Assembly: GCA_963726455.1 (NCBI GenBank)
Contig: CAVSCK010000003.1
Coordinates: 320,001 to 384,000, forward strand
Reading direction: 5' to 3'
From: an uncultured bacterium
Lineage (GTDB): Bacteria > Zixibacteria > MSB-5A5 > CAIYYT01
DNA: 64,000 nucleotides
Shown here piece by piece: positions 10,563-20,783 of the stretch. Position numbers and translations under genes: made by a program. The notes below the pieces were generated by a model. It saw nothing but the letters and a program-made list of their open reading frames with translations. It was not told the origin of the DNA and searched no databases. Numbering within the stretch: position 1 is the first letter of the stretch; each line of letters opens with the position of its first letter.

Positions 10563-13115
10563 TTCTTAACCACTCCTGATATGCCTCCGGAAATCATGGA
10601 GGCAATATTGGTCAAAATCCTGAATACTGCTACGCCGCCCGGCGACGCCAGATAGCGCGGCGCCCAGACCGGCTTGTACTTATCTTTATACTGCCGTAAG
10701 CCCTGGAAATTATAGAAATGCTCGCCATGCCGAAAGATAAACGTCCCCAACTGATTCCAGAATGGCGCTATGGCACGATTCTCCAGCCCGGATAATGGCG
10801 CCATTCCCAGATTGAACCAGCGGTAGCCCTGTTCCTTGCCGTACAGCATCAATTCGATAAACATATAATCCATCACGCCCACCGGCGCGTCGGGCAGATG
10901 CCGCATCAAGTCGATGGAAAGTTCTTCACAGTCACCCGTGGCCCAGATATTGGCAAACGCGATGATCTGTCCTGTCCTTCCACACCAGGGCCATCGGCAT
11001 CCGCGTAAGATACGGCTCGTAGAAATAGCCCAGCGAGAATCGTTTCTCGCGGGTGTTCTTGTATTCCAGCCAGGAGTCGGATATCTCCCGCAATCTTGGC
11101 AGCAACGCCTTCACTTCCTCCGGCGGCACAATCTGGAACGAGCATCCTTCACTCTCCGGCTTGCGATGCCAATGCCGAAACGGCTTGTTGGCATGGCCCT
11201 CAAGCGAAAACCCACTCAGCGGCACGATTGCCTCTTCCCCCAGTTTGAGCAGACTTAATCCCATTTCCAGATAGAGCGGCAAATTCTCCGCATCGACCTG
11301 ATAGAATGCCGTCCAGCCCCCATGGCGATCAGACATCTCATGAAATTGCCAGAGCAACTCTTTCCATTCCTCGCGTGATCCCACCGGATCCCCCATGGCC
11401 GCCCAGGTTCTGCCGGAGATTCCATACATTATAAACGCCCGTCCGTTCCGGCTGAACAGCAGTTCCTTGTCTCCGATCAATGCCAGATGCGAAACTGAAC
11501 TCGAACAGCTTTTGACAATCGGCATTGTGTTGTCAAGAACCTCCAGACTTGGCAAGGTCGGTTCCGGCGGCGCCGGTCGCAGCAATCGCCAGATCGCCAA
11601 CAACAGCGCCGCGCTGACTACTCCCGCGCCGGCGCGCAAAGAACGTGGCGCGTCGCCGAAGAACTCGAATTGCCACCAGAGTTTGCTGCCGTACTCAACG
11701 TGTTTGAACGAGAACATGGTTAACCAGAACGAACACGCCAGCACGACCACGATCGCGCCGATCCAGGCCGGACTTAACGACCTTCCCAGCAGCGAGGACT
11801 TGCGATAGAAATATGATCTGGACGGCAGCAGCAACAGCAGCATGAGCGACAGTATCAGTGCTTCTTCATAGTCGAAACCCTTTAGCAAAGACACCACGAC
11901 ACCGACACCCAGCAGAAACAAACTCAGCACGTAGGCCGCATCAACACGGCGCTGCAATCCGCGCGCGAGCAACAACAATCCCAGCCCGGCGATACTCCCG
12001 ATAAAATGCGACAGTTCGATGACCGGCAGCGGCAGGAAATCGCGCAGCAACTCCATGCGTTCGCTCTCCGCCGGCGTGGCGCTCGAAAACAGCAGCACGA
12101 CACCCGATATGAACACGAGAAACGAAAACAACTGCGGCGCAATCATCGAAATCCAGCGGCCCACATTCGCCGCCAATTTCATCAAACCTTCACGCTTGCG
12201 CGAAATCTCGAACGCCGCCAGCGAACTTGCCGCTACGAAAAGTGGCACCAGATAGTAGACGATGCGGTAGGCCAAGAGCGACCCAACCAACTCCGCCGGT
12301 GTTGCCACCGGACCGATGAGAAGAATAAAGACGGTTTCGAAAACTCCCAATCCCCCAGGTATATTGCTGATCAATCCCGCGATTTGCGACAGCAGAAAAA
12401 TTCCCAGCACATGGAAATAGCTGACCTGCGCCGAGTCGGGCAATACTATGTAGATTGCGCCTGCCGCCATCAGCCAGTCGAATGTGCCCAGCGCCATCTG
12501 CGCGAATGTGGTGGGCAGGGTCGGAATATCGAATTGCCAGCCCTTGACCTTGATCGGGCTGCGGAACAACGTGATCTTGACCAGGTAGGCGAGCAATAGT
12601 CCCACGAAGAACAGTCCCAGGGGAATTGTCGAGACGAACGGCAGCCGGATCTGTTCCGGTATCATGACCGGTGCGGTCGTCAAGACTATCGCAGCGGTCG
12701 TCAAGTAACCCAGCCAGAAGGTAGCGACTCCGAATCCCATCAGTGTCGTAATCTCCAGCGCGGACAAACCCCACGCGCCATAGATTCGATAGCGCAACGA
12801 ACCGCCGGTGAAGACTGAGAAACCGAGATTGTGAGCGATGGCGTATGTTATGAACGAGGTCATGGCGACCTTGGGATATTCCAATGGGTGCTTGATGTGC
12901 CGCAACGCCAGCATGTCGTAGCCCGACAGCGCCAGGTAGCTCAGCAGCGAGAACATCAGCGCCATCAGCACATGCGGAAACGGTATCGACCGAAATTGAG
13001 CGATAATGTCCGCCAGCCGATGATGCCCCAGTTCCCGATGCAGCACCCACAGAGCTGCCAGGAATAACCCGATTGCGATAACCGACCCGATTACTTCGAG
13101 CAGTCTTTTGTTCAT
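10559..13115 (-). CDS. mprF: Bifunctional aminoacyl-phosphatidylglycerol synthase/flippase MprF (frameshifted near 10930-10980)
   Basis: Multi-TM N-terminus (PGGLGVFE), MGDPVG, LKLGEEA, EKRFSLG; FNLGMAPLSG and YNFQGLRQYKDKY in a downstream frame. Confidence 0.93.
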
Positions 13116-13270
13116 ATAGCTCCCACCAAATCAACAGAGTGGTCGCATGGGTGTCAAGTTTGAGTTAGATAACCGGTGCTTGGCATTTCCTCGCCCACCT
13201 TGCTCCGATACGCTTATGACCGGCCTGCCGTTGGCGTTGTATCGCTATGGCCTATCGTTCGCAGGGTATA

Positions 13271-13352
13271 GTAGGTTGAACATTCCTGTTTGACATTCCC
13301 CAACTGTCATTAGAGTAGCCAAAAACAGGACAAGCAGGCATGCTCATTCTAC
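13271..13352. repeat. Inverted doublet of 24-bp GTAG-type REPs (REPIN-like) with a 34-bp spacer
   Basis: GTAGGTTGAACATTCCTGTTTGAC (13271-13294) and GACAAGCAGGCATGCTCATTCTAC (13329-13352). The same family recurs at 24.9-29.2 kb. Confidence 0.75.
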
Positions 13353-13383
13353 TCCGCGGGGAGAGAGAATGTGACGGAGTGCA

Positions 13384-14196
13384 CTACATGAACCACTTCT
13401 TCTTTTGATGGATGATGTCACCGAACTTCTTCATAAATTCCATTTCGTCGGGTGACAGCGGTCCCTTGCTCAGGCCTTTGATATTCTCCAGCAGTTGTTT
13501 TTCGTTCAGCGGCGCATTCAAGCAGACGTCAACATTCGGATTCGACAGTACAAAACGATAGCACTGATCCGCGCTCGGAATCGGTGCATCCGCCGGATAG
13601 CCGCCCGGACGCCGCAACAAATATCCCCAACGCGTGGCGGTATAGCTGACGACTCCCGGATCGTGCGCTGCCAGGTGCGGAAAGATATCCTGTTCCGCGC
13701 CACGGTGGGCCGCATTGTAACGCATCATCGTGACATCAATCGCCCCGGCGGAAATCAAATTCCCGATAAACTTCCGATCATGGCACGACATTCCGATCGA
13801 CCGCACCTTGCCTTCTTCGCGGAACTTGCGCATCTCTTCGAGTTCGCGCTCTCCGATGTGTTTCGGCTTGGTCACCCCGAGAAAGAGGAACACATCGATG
13901 TAATCGGTCTTGAGCTGGCGCAACCGCTTTTCCAGAGTGCGACGCAAATTGGGATGGCCAACCAGCAAATTGTACGCGCCGGTACTGATGACAAGCTTCT
14001 CGCGCTGTGTCGCCGAGAATTCCCGCAGCGCTTTGGTCATCTGCCAGTCAAAACCATAACAGAAGAAGTAGTTGACGCCGGCGTCGAGTGCTTTGTGAAT
14101 GGCGTTCTTACCGGGACGATAGGTACCCGACAGACCGAGGCGAAATACCTTCAGCCCGGTGTTGCCGAGCGTGGCATGCAGAAAGTCATCATTCAT
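13384..14196 (-). CDS. Aldo/keto reductase family oxidoreductase
   Basis: LGNTGLKVFRLGL, LRQLKTDYIDVF, GKVRSIGMSCH; probable start MNDDF at 14196. Confidence 0.85.
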   Translation of the reverse strand: MNDDFLHATLGNTGLKVFRLGLSGTYRPGKNAIHKALDAGVNYFFCYGFDWQMTKALREFSATQREKLVISTGAYNLLVGHPNLRRTLEKRLRQLKTDYIDVFLFLGVTKPKHIGERELEEMRKFREEGKVRSIGMSCHDRKFIGNLISAGAIDVTMMRYNAAHRGAEQDIFPHLAAHDPGVVSYTATRWGYLLRRPGGYPADAPIPSADQCYRFVLSNPNVDVCLNAPLNEKQLLENIKGLSKGPLSPDEMEFMKKFGDIIHQKKKWFM

Positions 14197-14356
14197 GTTT
14201 CTGGTCTCCGATTGGCAGTGATGTTCCACTACAAGATCGCCGTCGGAGCGCCAAACAGCAACAAAAACGATGACTTTGTAACTTACTTGATATGAACTGA
14301 GATTGTTCGCGCGCGGCGTACGAGGTACGTACACCGCGCCCGATTAGAAATCGAAC

Positions 14357-14860
14357 TTACTCCAGACAGTCCGCGAGTTTGTCGAACATCTGGTTCCACC
14401 CGTCCTTGCATTCGTCATTTATCTTACCGGCTGGTATCCCGACATGCGTCAGCGTCATTCTGGTTTTGCCGTTTTGTTCGTGGAACGTAACGGTGATGCG
14501 CGTTTCCATCGGGAAGTCCCCTTCAAAACCGTAGTGCTTCGCCGAAACGGGATTACCCTTTTCGTCGGCGAATGAGTCGGTTACAGTGATGCGTTCATTC
14601 TTGACAATTTCGCGATAGGTGCCGGTGGTGTAGGTGTCCTTCCCTTCCGGCGACCGCATACAACCGACATACTTGCCGCCCACGCGGAAATCAATTTCAG
14701 CCATCGGCGTAGTATAACCGTTCGGCCCCCACCATTTCTTGAGGTATTCCGGTTCCGTCCAGGCCCGCCATACGTGTTCGCGCGGCGCATCGAACACACG
14801 ATTGATTACGATGTCTGTCCCCTGCTTGGTCTTTTGACTAACACTGTGCTTGGATGACAT
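14357..14860 (-). CDS. SRPBCC/AHA1 (START-like) domain protein
   Basis: RVFDAPREHVWRAWTEPEYLKKWWGP, DFRVGG, GWNQMFDKL; GGAGG RBS. Confidence 0.9.
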   Translation of the reverse strand: MSSKHSVSQKTKQGTDIVINRVFDAPREHVWRAWTEPEYLKKWWGPNGYTTPMAEIDFRVGGKYVGCMRSPEGKDTYTTGTYREIVKNERITVTDSFADEKGNPVSAKHYGFEGDFPMETRITVTFHEQNGKTRMTLTHVGIPAGKINDECKDGWNQMFDKLADCLE

Positions 14861-15075
14861 ATTTCCTCCAGTCTGTCCTGTTGTGGATCAACTCTCTTAA
14901 CTCGGTCACCTGACGATACGGGACATCATTGATCCGCGTTGGACATGATCGGCACAGCCCCGGACGTAATCAGCGGCAGTGACTTCGTAATTCCGCCTAC
15001 TGTATGGGCTTTCTCATACTGACGACCAGACTCCGTTGCCCCACAGGACATTGGCCGTGCCCGCCGACATATATC

Positions 15076-15104
15076 TTGCCTGAAACGCTCCTGTTTACTA
15101 TCAT
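15076..15104 (+). promoter_or_regulatory. Putative sigma70 promoter of tpl
   Basis: TTGCCT-17 bp-TATCAT, 47 bp upstream of the start codon. Confidence 0.55.
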
Positions 15105-15127
15105 CCCTCGGCACATGTTGAGCATGA

Positions 15128-16541
<1,414 letters not shown>

Positions 16542-16553
16542 CTCTATCGTCTG

Positions 16554-16794
16554 ACCCGTAGGAACACCCGTAGGGACACCCGTAGGGACACCCGTAGGGG
16601 CGCACGGCAGTGCGCCCAGTTTTACGTAGGTCGGCGTTCATGTTGTGTCAGGTCCTGCGCACGACGAAGTCGGGCGTGAGACCTGACACTTTCATATTCG
16701 CGCCGTCAACTCGTGCGCTGTCAGGAACCCCTTCCTGACGGAACCATCTTGCATGTCCCGGAGCTATGTCATTCCCGCGAAGGCGGGAATCCAG
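16554..16794. repeat. Cluster of different REP-like hairpins at the left edge of the low-GC island
   Basis: Three ACCCGTAGG(G/A)AC 12-mers lead into GTAGGGGCGCACGGCAGTGCGCCC; then GTCAGGTC..GACCTGAC, GTCAGGAAccccTTCCTGAC and GTCATTCCCGCGAAGGCGGGAATCCAG. Confidence 0.75.
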
Positions 16795-16876
16795 GCTGAT
16801 TTCGTTTGCCGAGGGCCCGGCTCGCCCCTTTCGACTGTGACCTATTGCAAGATCGTTCATTACACCGAAATAACAC

Positions 16877-16929
16877 TTGACACGCCTCGACAAGAACGCA
16901 ACCTTAAAGGCGATATTGTCGTTGACAAT
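16877..16929 (+). promoter_or_regulatory. Putative island promoter with a downstream palindromic operator
   Basis: TTGACA (16877) with a weak -10 (CAACCT/AACCTT, ~16900), and the inverted repeat ATTGTC-GTT-GACAAT (16915-16929). Confidence 0.4.
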
Positions 16930-17014
16930 CCATGGGAGGGATCACAAAGTGTCAGAACCGGAGAGGTTCGACCCATTGGGACGCGTAGTCTTCTGACTTT
17001 AACAAGGGAGAATT

Positions 17015-17272
17015 ATGAACGAGGAGTTGTTATACTCGATTGATCGTAGTCTTAAGGCTCTGCTTGGGCTTATCGTTTCAATTCGCGACGACAAGCCTCT
17101 TTCACTACGCGAACGAATCGCACGACTGCACGATTTGGGATTTAAGCCAAAGGAGATCAGCGAGATCCTAGGGCGGACGGGAAAGTTTGTTAGTAAGGAA
17201 CTGTCAGAACTTCGCAAGATAAAGAGCAAAGGTGGTAAGAAGAATGGCAAAGGTGCAAAACAAAAAGACTAG
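17015..17272 (+). CDS. Small HTH protein 1 (85 aa)
   Basis: AAGGGAG RBS; LHDLGFKPKEISEILGRTGKFVSKELSELRK fits an HTH pattern; basic tail. Confidence 0.75.
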   Translation: MNEELLYSIDRSLKALLGLIVSIRDDKPLSLRERIARLHDLGFKPKEISEILGRTGKFVSKELSELRKIKSKGGKKNGKGAKQKD

Positions 17273-17450
17273 CCAAAAGCCGGAAAAACAGATCAAGCCC
17301 AGCACCACGACGGAGGACTTGTTACGTGACCTGATGATGATCCAACTCGGATTAGCTGGTGTATCTCAGGAAAATATCAGAACCATTGTCGGCGTCGACA
17401 ATAACCGTGTAAGTTGGATTGTACGACACGTCAGAAAGGGGGATAAATAG
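17244..17450 (+). CDS. Small HTH protein 2 (68 aa)
   Basis: Overlaps the previous gene; LAGVSQENIRTIVGVDNNRVSWIVR HTH pattern. Confidence 0.7.
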   Translation: MAKVQNKKTSQKPEKQIKPSTTTEDLLRDLMMIQLGLAGVSQENIRTIVGVDNNRVSWIVRHVRKGDK

Positions 17451-17451
17451 A

Positions 17452-17646
17452 ATGGCCGCCAAGAAAACGACACCAACAAAGAGAGTGCCCCAGGATGATC
17501 CAGACTACCTGCTGAACTATTTGGTGGCGTTAGAACTCTTTAAGCTTGGGCTGTCGCAGGTGGATATTGGAAAGCGTTTGCGTCTGCAGACGGCTATCGT
17601 CAACCAAATGCTCAAGGGCATTGATAGGAAGAAGCTCAATCAATGA
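17452..17646 (+). CDS. Small HTH protein 3 (64 aa)
   Basis: AAGGGGGA RBS, start 1 bp after the previous stop; KLGLSQVDIGKRLRLQTAIVNQMLKG HTH pattern. Confidence 0.72.
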   Translation: MAAKKTTPTKRVPQDDPDYLLNYLVALELFKLGLSQVDIGKRLRLQTAIVNQMLKGIDRKKLNQ

Positions 17647-17780
17647 AATCTGAAAACAGAGTCAGAATCCTCATTTGGAGCAGGAAATGGTCTCGTCCAC
17701 GGAGTGACATAACACGGACTTTCGGTACACCGATCAAGACTGTTCGAACGCTATTAACCCCGAAAGGGTGTAAGGCGTAA
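17643..17780 (+). CDS. Small HTH-like protein 4 (45 aa, not in ORF track)
   Basis: MKSENRVRILIWSRKWSRPRSDITRTFGTPIKTVRTLLTPKGCKA*. ATGA overlap with gene 3; the stop is 1 bp before the next ATG. Confidence 0.55.
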   Translation: MKSENRVRILIWSRKWSRPRSDITRTFGTPIKTVRTLLTPKGCKA

Positions 17781-17781
17781 T

Positions 17782-18498
17782 ATGGCTCGAGCTAGGCTTG
17801 ATCCTAAGTTGATGCAGAAGGTGGCACAGAAACTGAGGCTCGCCAAGAACCGAGTTAATGTCAAGATCAGCAAGAAGGCAAACAGGCTCGGGATATCCTC
17901 TGAAGCAGCTCTTGCCATCTTGGCGAAAGAACTTGGTATCGCTACCGGGGTATATCAGAGAAGACTTGACCCAACGATCCAGTCAGAGATCAGGATGGCG
18001 CTGCCTACCATAATGCCCTCTCCGAACATACCTCCACCTAGAGTAAATCTACGTCACAAATCCGGTGGAACCGCAGTCGGAAATCAGCGTACCGCATTAA
18101 AGGCCGCTGCTGAATATGTCATTCAAGACGAGGAACTTCGGTCCAGATGCACTGATCTACTTCTGGGTAAGAAGCACTTTGATAGAGCTGTGAATCAAGC
18201 GACGTTGGTTCTTGAAGATAGACTGCGACACAAAGCACAGCCAACAGCGCGACTGGTCGGCGAGAATCTAGCTGGGCATGCTATCAACAGCGATCTTGTA
18301 AAGACAGTATTGAAGGTGAGCGATAATCAGGACGAACAGAGAGGCATTTCAGAGATTGTCAGAGGCATCGTTCCAGCATTTCGCAACACCACGCATCACC
18401 ACCTAGTCGATAGTTTTACTCGCGAAGACGCATTGAGGGTGTGTGGGTTCATCGATGTATTGTTACGCATCATCGATAAGTCAACGAAAGTAAGGTAG
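17782..18498 (+). CDS. TIGR02391/Ymh-like protein with a HEPN-type RxxxxH motif and a basic helical N-terminal domain
   Basis: FDRAVNQATLVLEDRLR, LVGENL, DEQRGISEIVRGIVPAFRNTTHH and EDALRVCGFIDVLLR match the Ymh pattern from memory; Pro-rich linker. Confidence 0.75.
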   Translation: MARARLDPKLMQKVAQKLRLAKNRVNVKISKKANRLGISSEAALAILAKELGIATGVYQRRLDPTIQSEIRMALPTIMPSPNIPPPRVNLRHKSGGTAVGNQRTALKAAAEYVIQDEELRSRCTDLLLGKKHFDRAVNQATLVLEDRLRHKAQPTARLVGENLAGHAINSDLVKTVLKVSDNQDEQRGISEIVRGIVPAFRNTTHHHLVDSFTREDALRVCGFIDVLLRIIDKSTKVR

Positions 18499-18552
18499 AG
18501 TTTACGATTTTAGGGATCGCGAGCATGTGCTTTAGGTTCCGCAACAACCAGT

Positions 18553-19437
18553 ATGCCACAGAACGTTACTGACATTCGCTCTAATCTCAACGACCAGATT
18601 GCAAATGCTGCCAAGATCATTGGAAGGTCCAAACAAAGACAAATTGTGTTCAAAGAGATTTACAGAGGCAAGCAGAGAACCAAGACGATTGCGGAACTGG
18701 TGGATGCCACTGGATTAACAAATATCCGCGTTTTGCAGGAAGGAAGTCGCCTAGCACAGCATCAACTAGTTGAAAAGGTTAAGAATGGCTATCGTAAGGA
18801 CCCATTCTATTCGCTTCATTATCGAAGGATTCTTAACTTCGCTCAAAATCCCAATCGACTCAAGAGACTGCCGACTAAAGTCTCTCCCAATATTGCGTCG
18901 CAGAATGTCCGTGTCACTTTTCCTGCTACTGCGGCGAAGGCTATTCACATTACAATGGACGATATTGACTCTTTTAGCATGGTACGACAAGTAAAGATCT
19001 CGACTTCTGCAGTTGACGATCAAAAGCTTTATGAAGCTCACATCAAGTCAGCCGTGAAGAGCTTGATTGGCGAGTCGGGCAAATTCAAAGACTGGGGTGG
19101 CGAGAAGAATGACCTTTTCACGACAAAGGTCAAAATTAAGGGGAGGCGCAGACCAGCGGCATTTGCATTCAAGGGTAGAGCAACGAAGGGAACCCTCACT
19201 CTTGACAAAATGGGTAAACGTGCGGATCAGGTAATTAGACTTTTCTCTGATTCGGTAGCAGAAGTGTACTTGATTGTCTACCAAGGGCAGATAGCTCCGG
19301 TGATATTAGATCAGATGAAGGCTCTAGCCGTCGCAAAAGCTATCGGTGGTGAGAATATCTACTATGGAGTGCTCGATGGGGATGATCTAAGGCGACTCAA
19401 AGCTGCTTACCCCAGCTTCTTTAAGGTGCATAAGTGA
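18553..19437 (+). CDS. wHTH + restriction-endonuclease-like (PD-(D/E)XK variant) protein
   Basis: N-terminal KTIAELVDATGLTNIRVLQEGSRLAQHQLVEK (wHTH-like); C-terminal LYE..DWGGEKNDLF..AAFAFKG..ADQVIRL. Confidence 0.65.
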   Translation: MPQNVTDIRSNLNDQIANAAKIIGRSKQRQIVFKEIYRGKQRTKTIAELVDATGLTNIRVLQEGSRLAQHQLVEKVKNGYRKDPFYSLHYRRILNFAQNPNRLKRLPTKVSPNIASQNVRVTFPATAAKAIHITMDDIDSFSMVRQVKISTSAVDDQKLYEAHIKSAVKSLIGESGKFKDWGGEKNDLFTTKVKIKGRRRPAAFAFKGRATKGTLTLDKMGKRADQVIRLFSDSVAEVYLIVYQGQIAPVILDQMKALAVAKAIGGENIYYGVLDGDDLRRLKAAYPSFFKVHK

Positions 19438-19601
19438 AGGGAAAATTGCGTTGCCTCATGCGCTAATTCCAGTACCGTAGGTCAGGAGCCCGCCACGGTA
19501 CCCCACTCAGCGGGTGGGAACTTCCGGCGACTACTGCTCCCCTCAACTTTTTCATCTCACTCTGACCTGAGCAACTACCAACAAGACCACTACAAGCCCC
19601 C

Positions 19602-19711
19602 AAAATATTTTTCCCCGTTCCGGCACTTCCTGCGCCGCGCCTAACCTCTTGTCTGCGAGTGTCACATCTCATTGCGGCGGGTGAACTGCCGGAATTTCTC
19701 AAAAATATTTT
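19602..19711. repeat. 110-bp imperfect inverted repeat followed by a T-run
   Basis: AAAATATTTTT..TTCCGGCA (19602-19625) pairs with TGCCGGAA..AAAAATATTTT (19687-19711). Confidence 0.6.
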
Positions 19712-19916
19712 CACTTTTTTTCTCCCTCCTATCACCCTCATTTCGTCTCCTGTGACTCCATCCACGTTTCTACTATCCTCTCCCCCAACCACTTACCCTC
19801 CTTTCGAGGATAAATCTCAAGACCCCATATAAGTAGAACGCAGGTTGCGGCACCGAAGGTCACCCCGGAGGGCTTTGTGGGTCTGGTGATTAGCGGCTGA
19901 GCAAAATGGGAGTTTT

Positions 19917-20537
19917 GTGAATCAACCTTCTACCGATCAGGAATCCCCGACGACAACACGGTTACGACTAAGCTATCCATGCCGAACTCTAACCGTGTCG
20001 TCCCGGGCATACTCGTCCTTCGCCGTGGTGAGTGAGTCTGTCGCTGTAAACCTTGTGGTTCGCGCTGTCGGATACCCGCCGTCCCCCCGACACGCTTTGA
20101 TGTACCGCGCCGTCAGGAATCCTTTCCTGACGGAACAGGTACTCCACAGCTTGCTGTGGGTGTACTCGCCACATCATCGCACCGGTGCCCCATCCGCTTG
20201 CGGTGGGTTTCGTATGTCTTCCTTACCGATTGTCTTCGGTTTGGCTCACGCCTGTCAAGACGGTCTCTATCGACGAACAGTTCACACCGTCGGAGGGAAC
20301 CCAGTAATAGAGCGTATCGCGACAACCGTGAATCCGATCAACTTCGCTACCAGGGCGAACAACGGCGAAGTTGGTGGCTCAATGGAGGAGCGTCCCCTTA
20401 TCCCCGCAACACGTTCGGCGTTTCCGGGTCTCGGCAGTGATCAAGTCCCCGATCCAGCTGGAGCATCGACTTCTCGTGGCGGTGCAGGCGCCATATCGGC
20501 CTGCTATGACGGCACAATGCCGCAGCACGAGATATAA
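19917..20537 (+). CDS. Orphan ORF (206 aa), doubtful
   Basis: GGGGAG upstream of the GTG; no recognisable domain; contains a REP hairpin at 20110-20133. Confidence 0.25.
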   Translation: MNQPSTDQESPTTTRLRLSYPCRTLTVSSRAYSSFAVVSESVAVNLVVRAVGYPPSPRHALMYRAVRNPFLTEQVLHSLLWVYSPHHRTGAPSACGGFRMSSLPIVFGLAHACQDGLYRRTVHTVGGNPVIERIATTVNPINFATRANNGEVGGSMEERPLIPATRSAFPGLGSDQVPDPAGASTSRGGAGAISACYDGTMPQHEI

Positions 20538-20704
20538 GATACCCAGGCCGGACTAACGGAGTTAATCCGTCACCGGAACACGCGTTTAAAGGTTCGCTTG
20601 GTCTTTGACATCGCGAATTGTAATGATTCGCGCCATATACGTTTGACACGTCTGCCATGACGTGACGCCTGGAGCGCCCGTAGTCTAGCCCCTTGTGGGC
20701 GTTT

Positions 20705-20783
20705 GCGGCGCACGAGGACGTACGCCGCGCACGGAACTGGACACGGCAGGCGAGGACGACTGCCGCGCACAAAGCCGCGCACA
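20705..20783. repeat. REP-like hairpins GGCAGGCGAGGACGACTGCCGCGCAC downstream of glyQS
   Basis: Intact copy at 20745-20770 with degenerate neighbours. The same motif occurs at ~25632, 28207, 28394 and 28531. Confidence 0.7.

Noticed and set aside
16951-16980. tRNA fragment or att site suggested by GGTTCGACCC
   Set aside because: No T-stem, acceptor stem or CCA, and no matching direct repeat at the other end of the island.
16800-19600. Prophage, integron or IS origin for the low-GC island
   Set aside because: No integrase, transposase, phage gene, attC site or target-site duplication was seen.
19845-19900. c-di-GMP-I riboswitch suggested by minus-strand ACAAAGCCCTCCGG
   Set aside because: The upstream GGCAAA/GNRA stem and the downstream closing elements are missing.
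19790-20640. Known large RNAs (RNase P, tmRNA, group I/II intron, GOLLD, OLE)
   Set aside because: I could not find their hallmark motifs by eye; kept only as an unassigned structured region.
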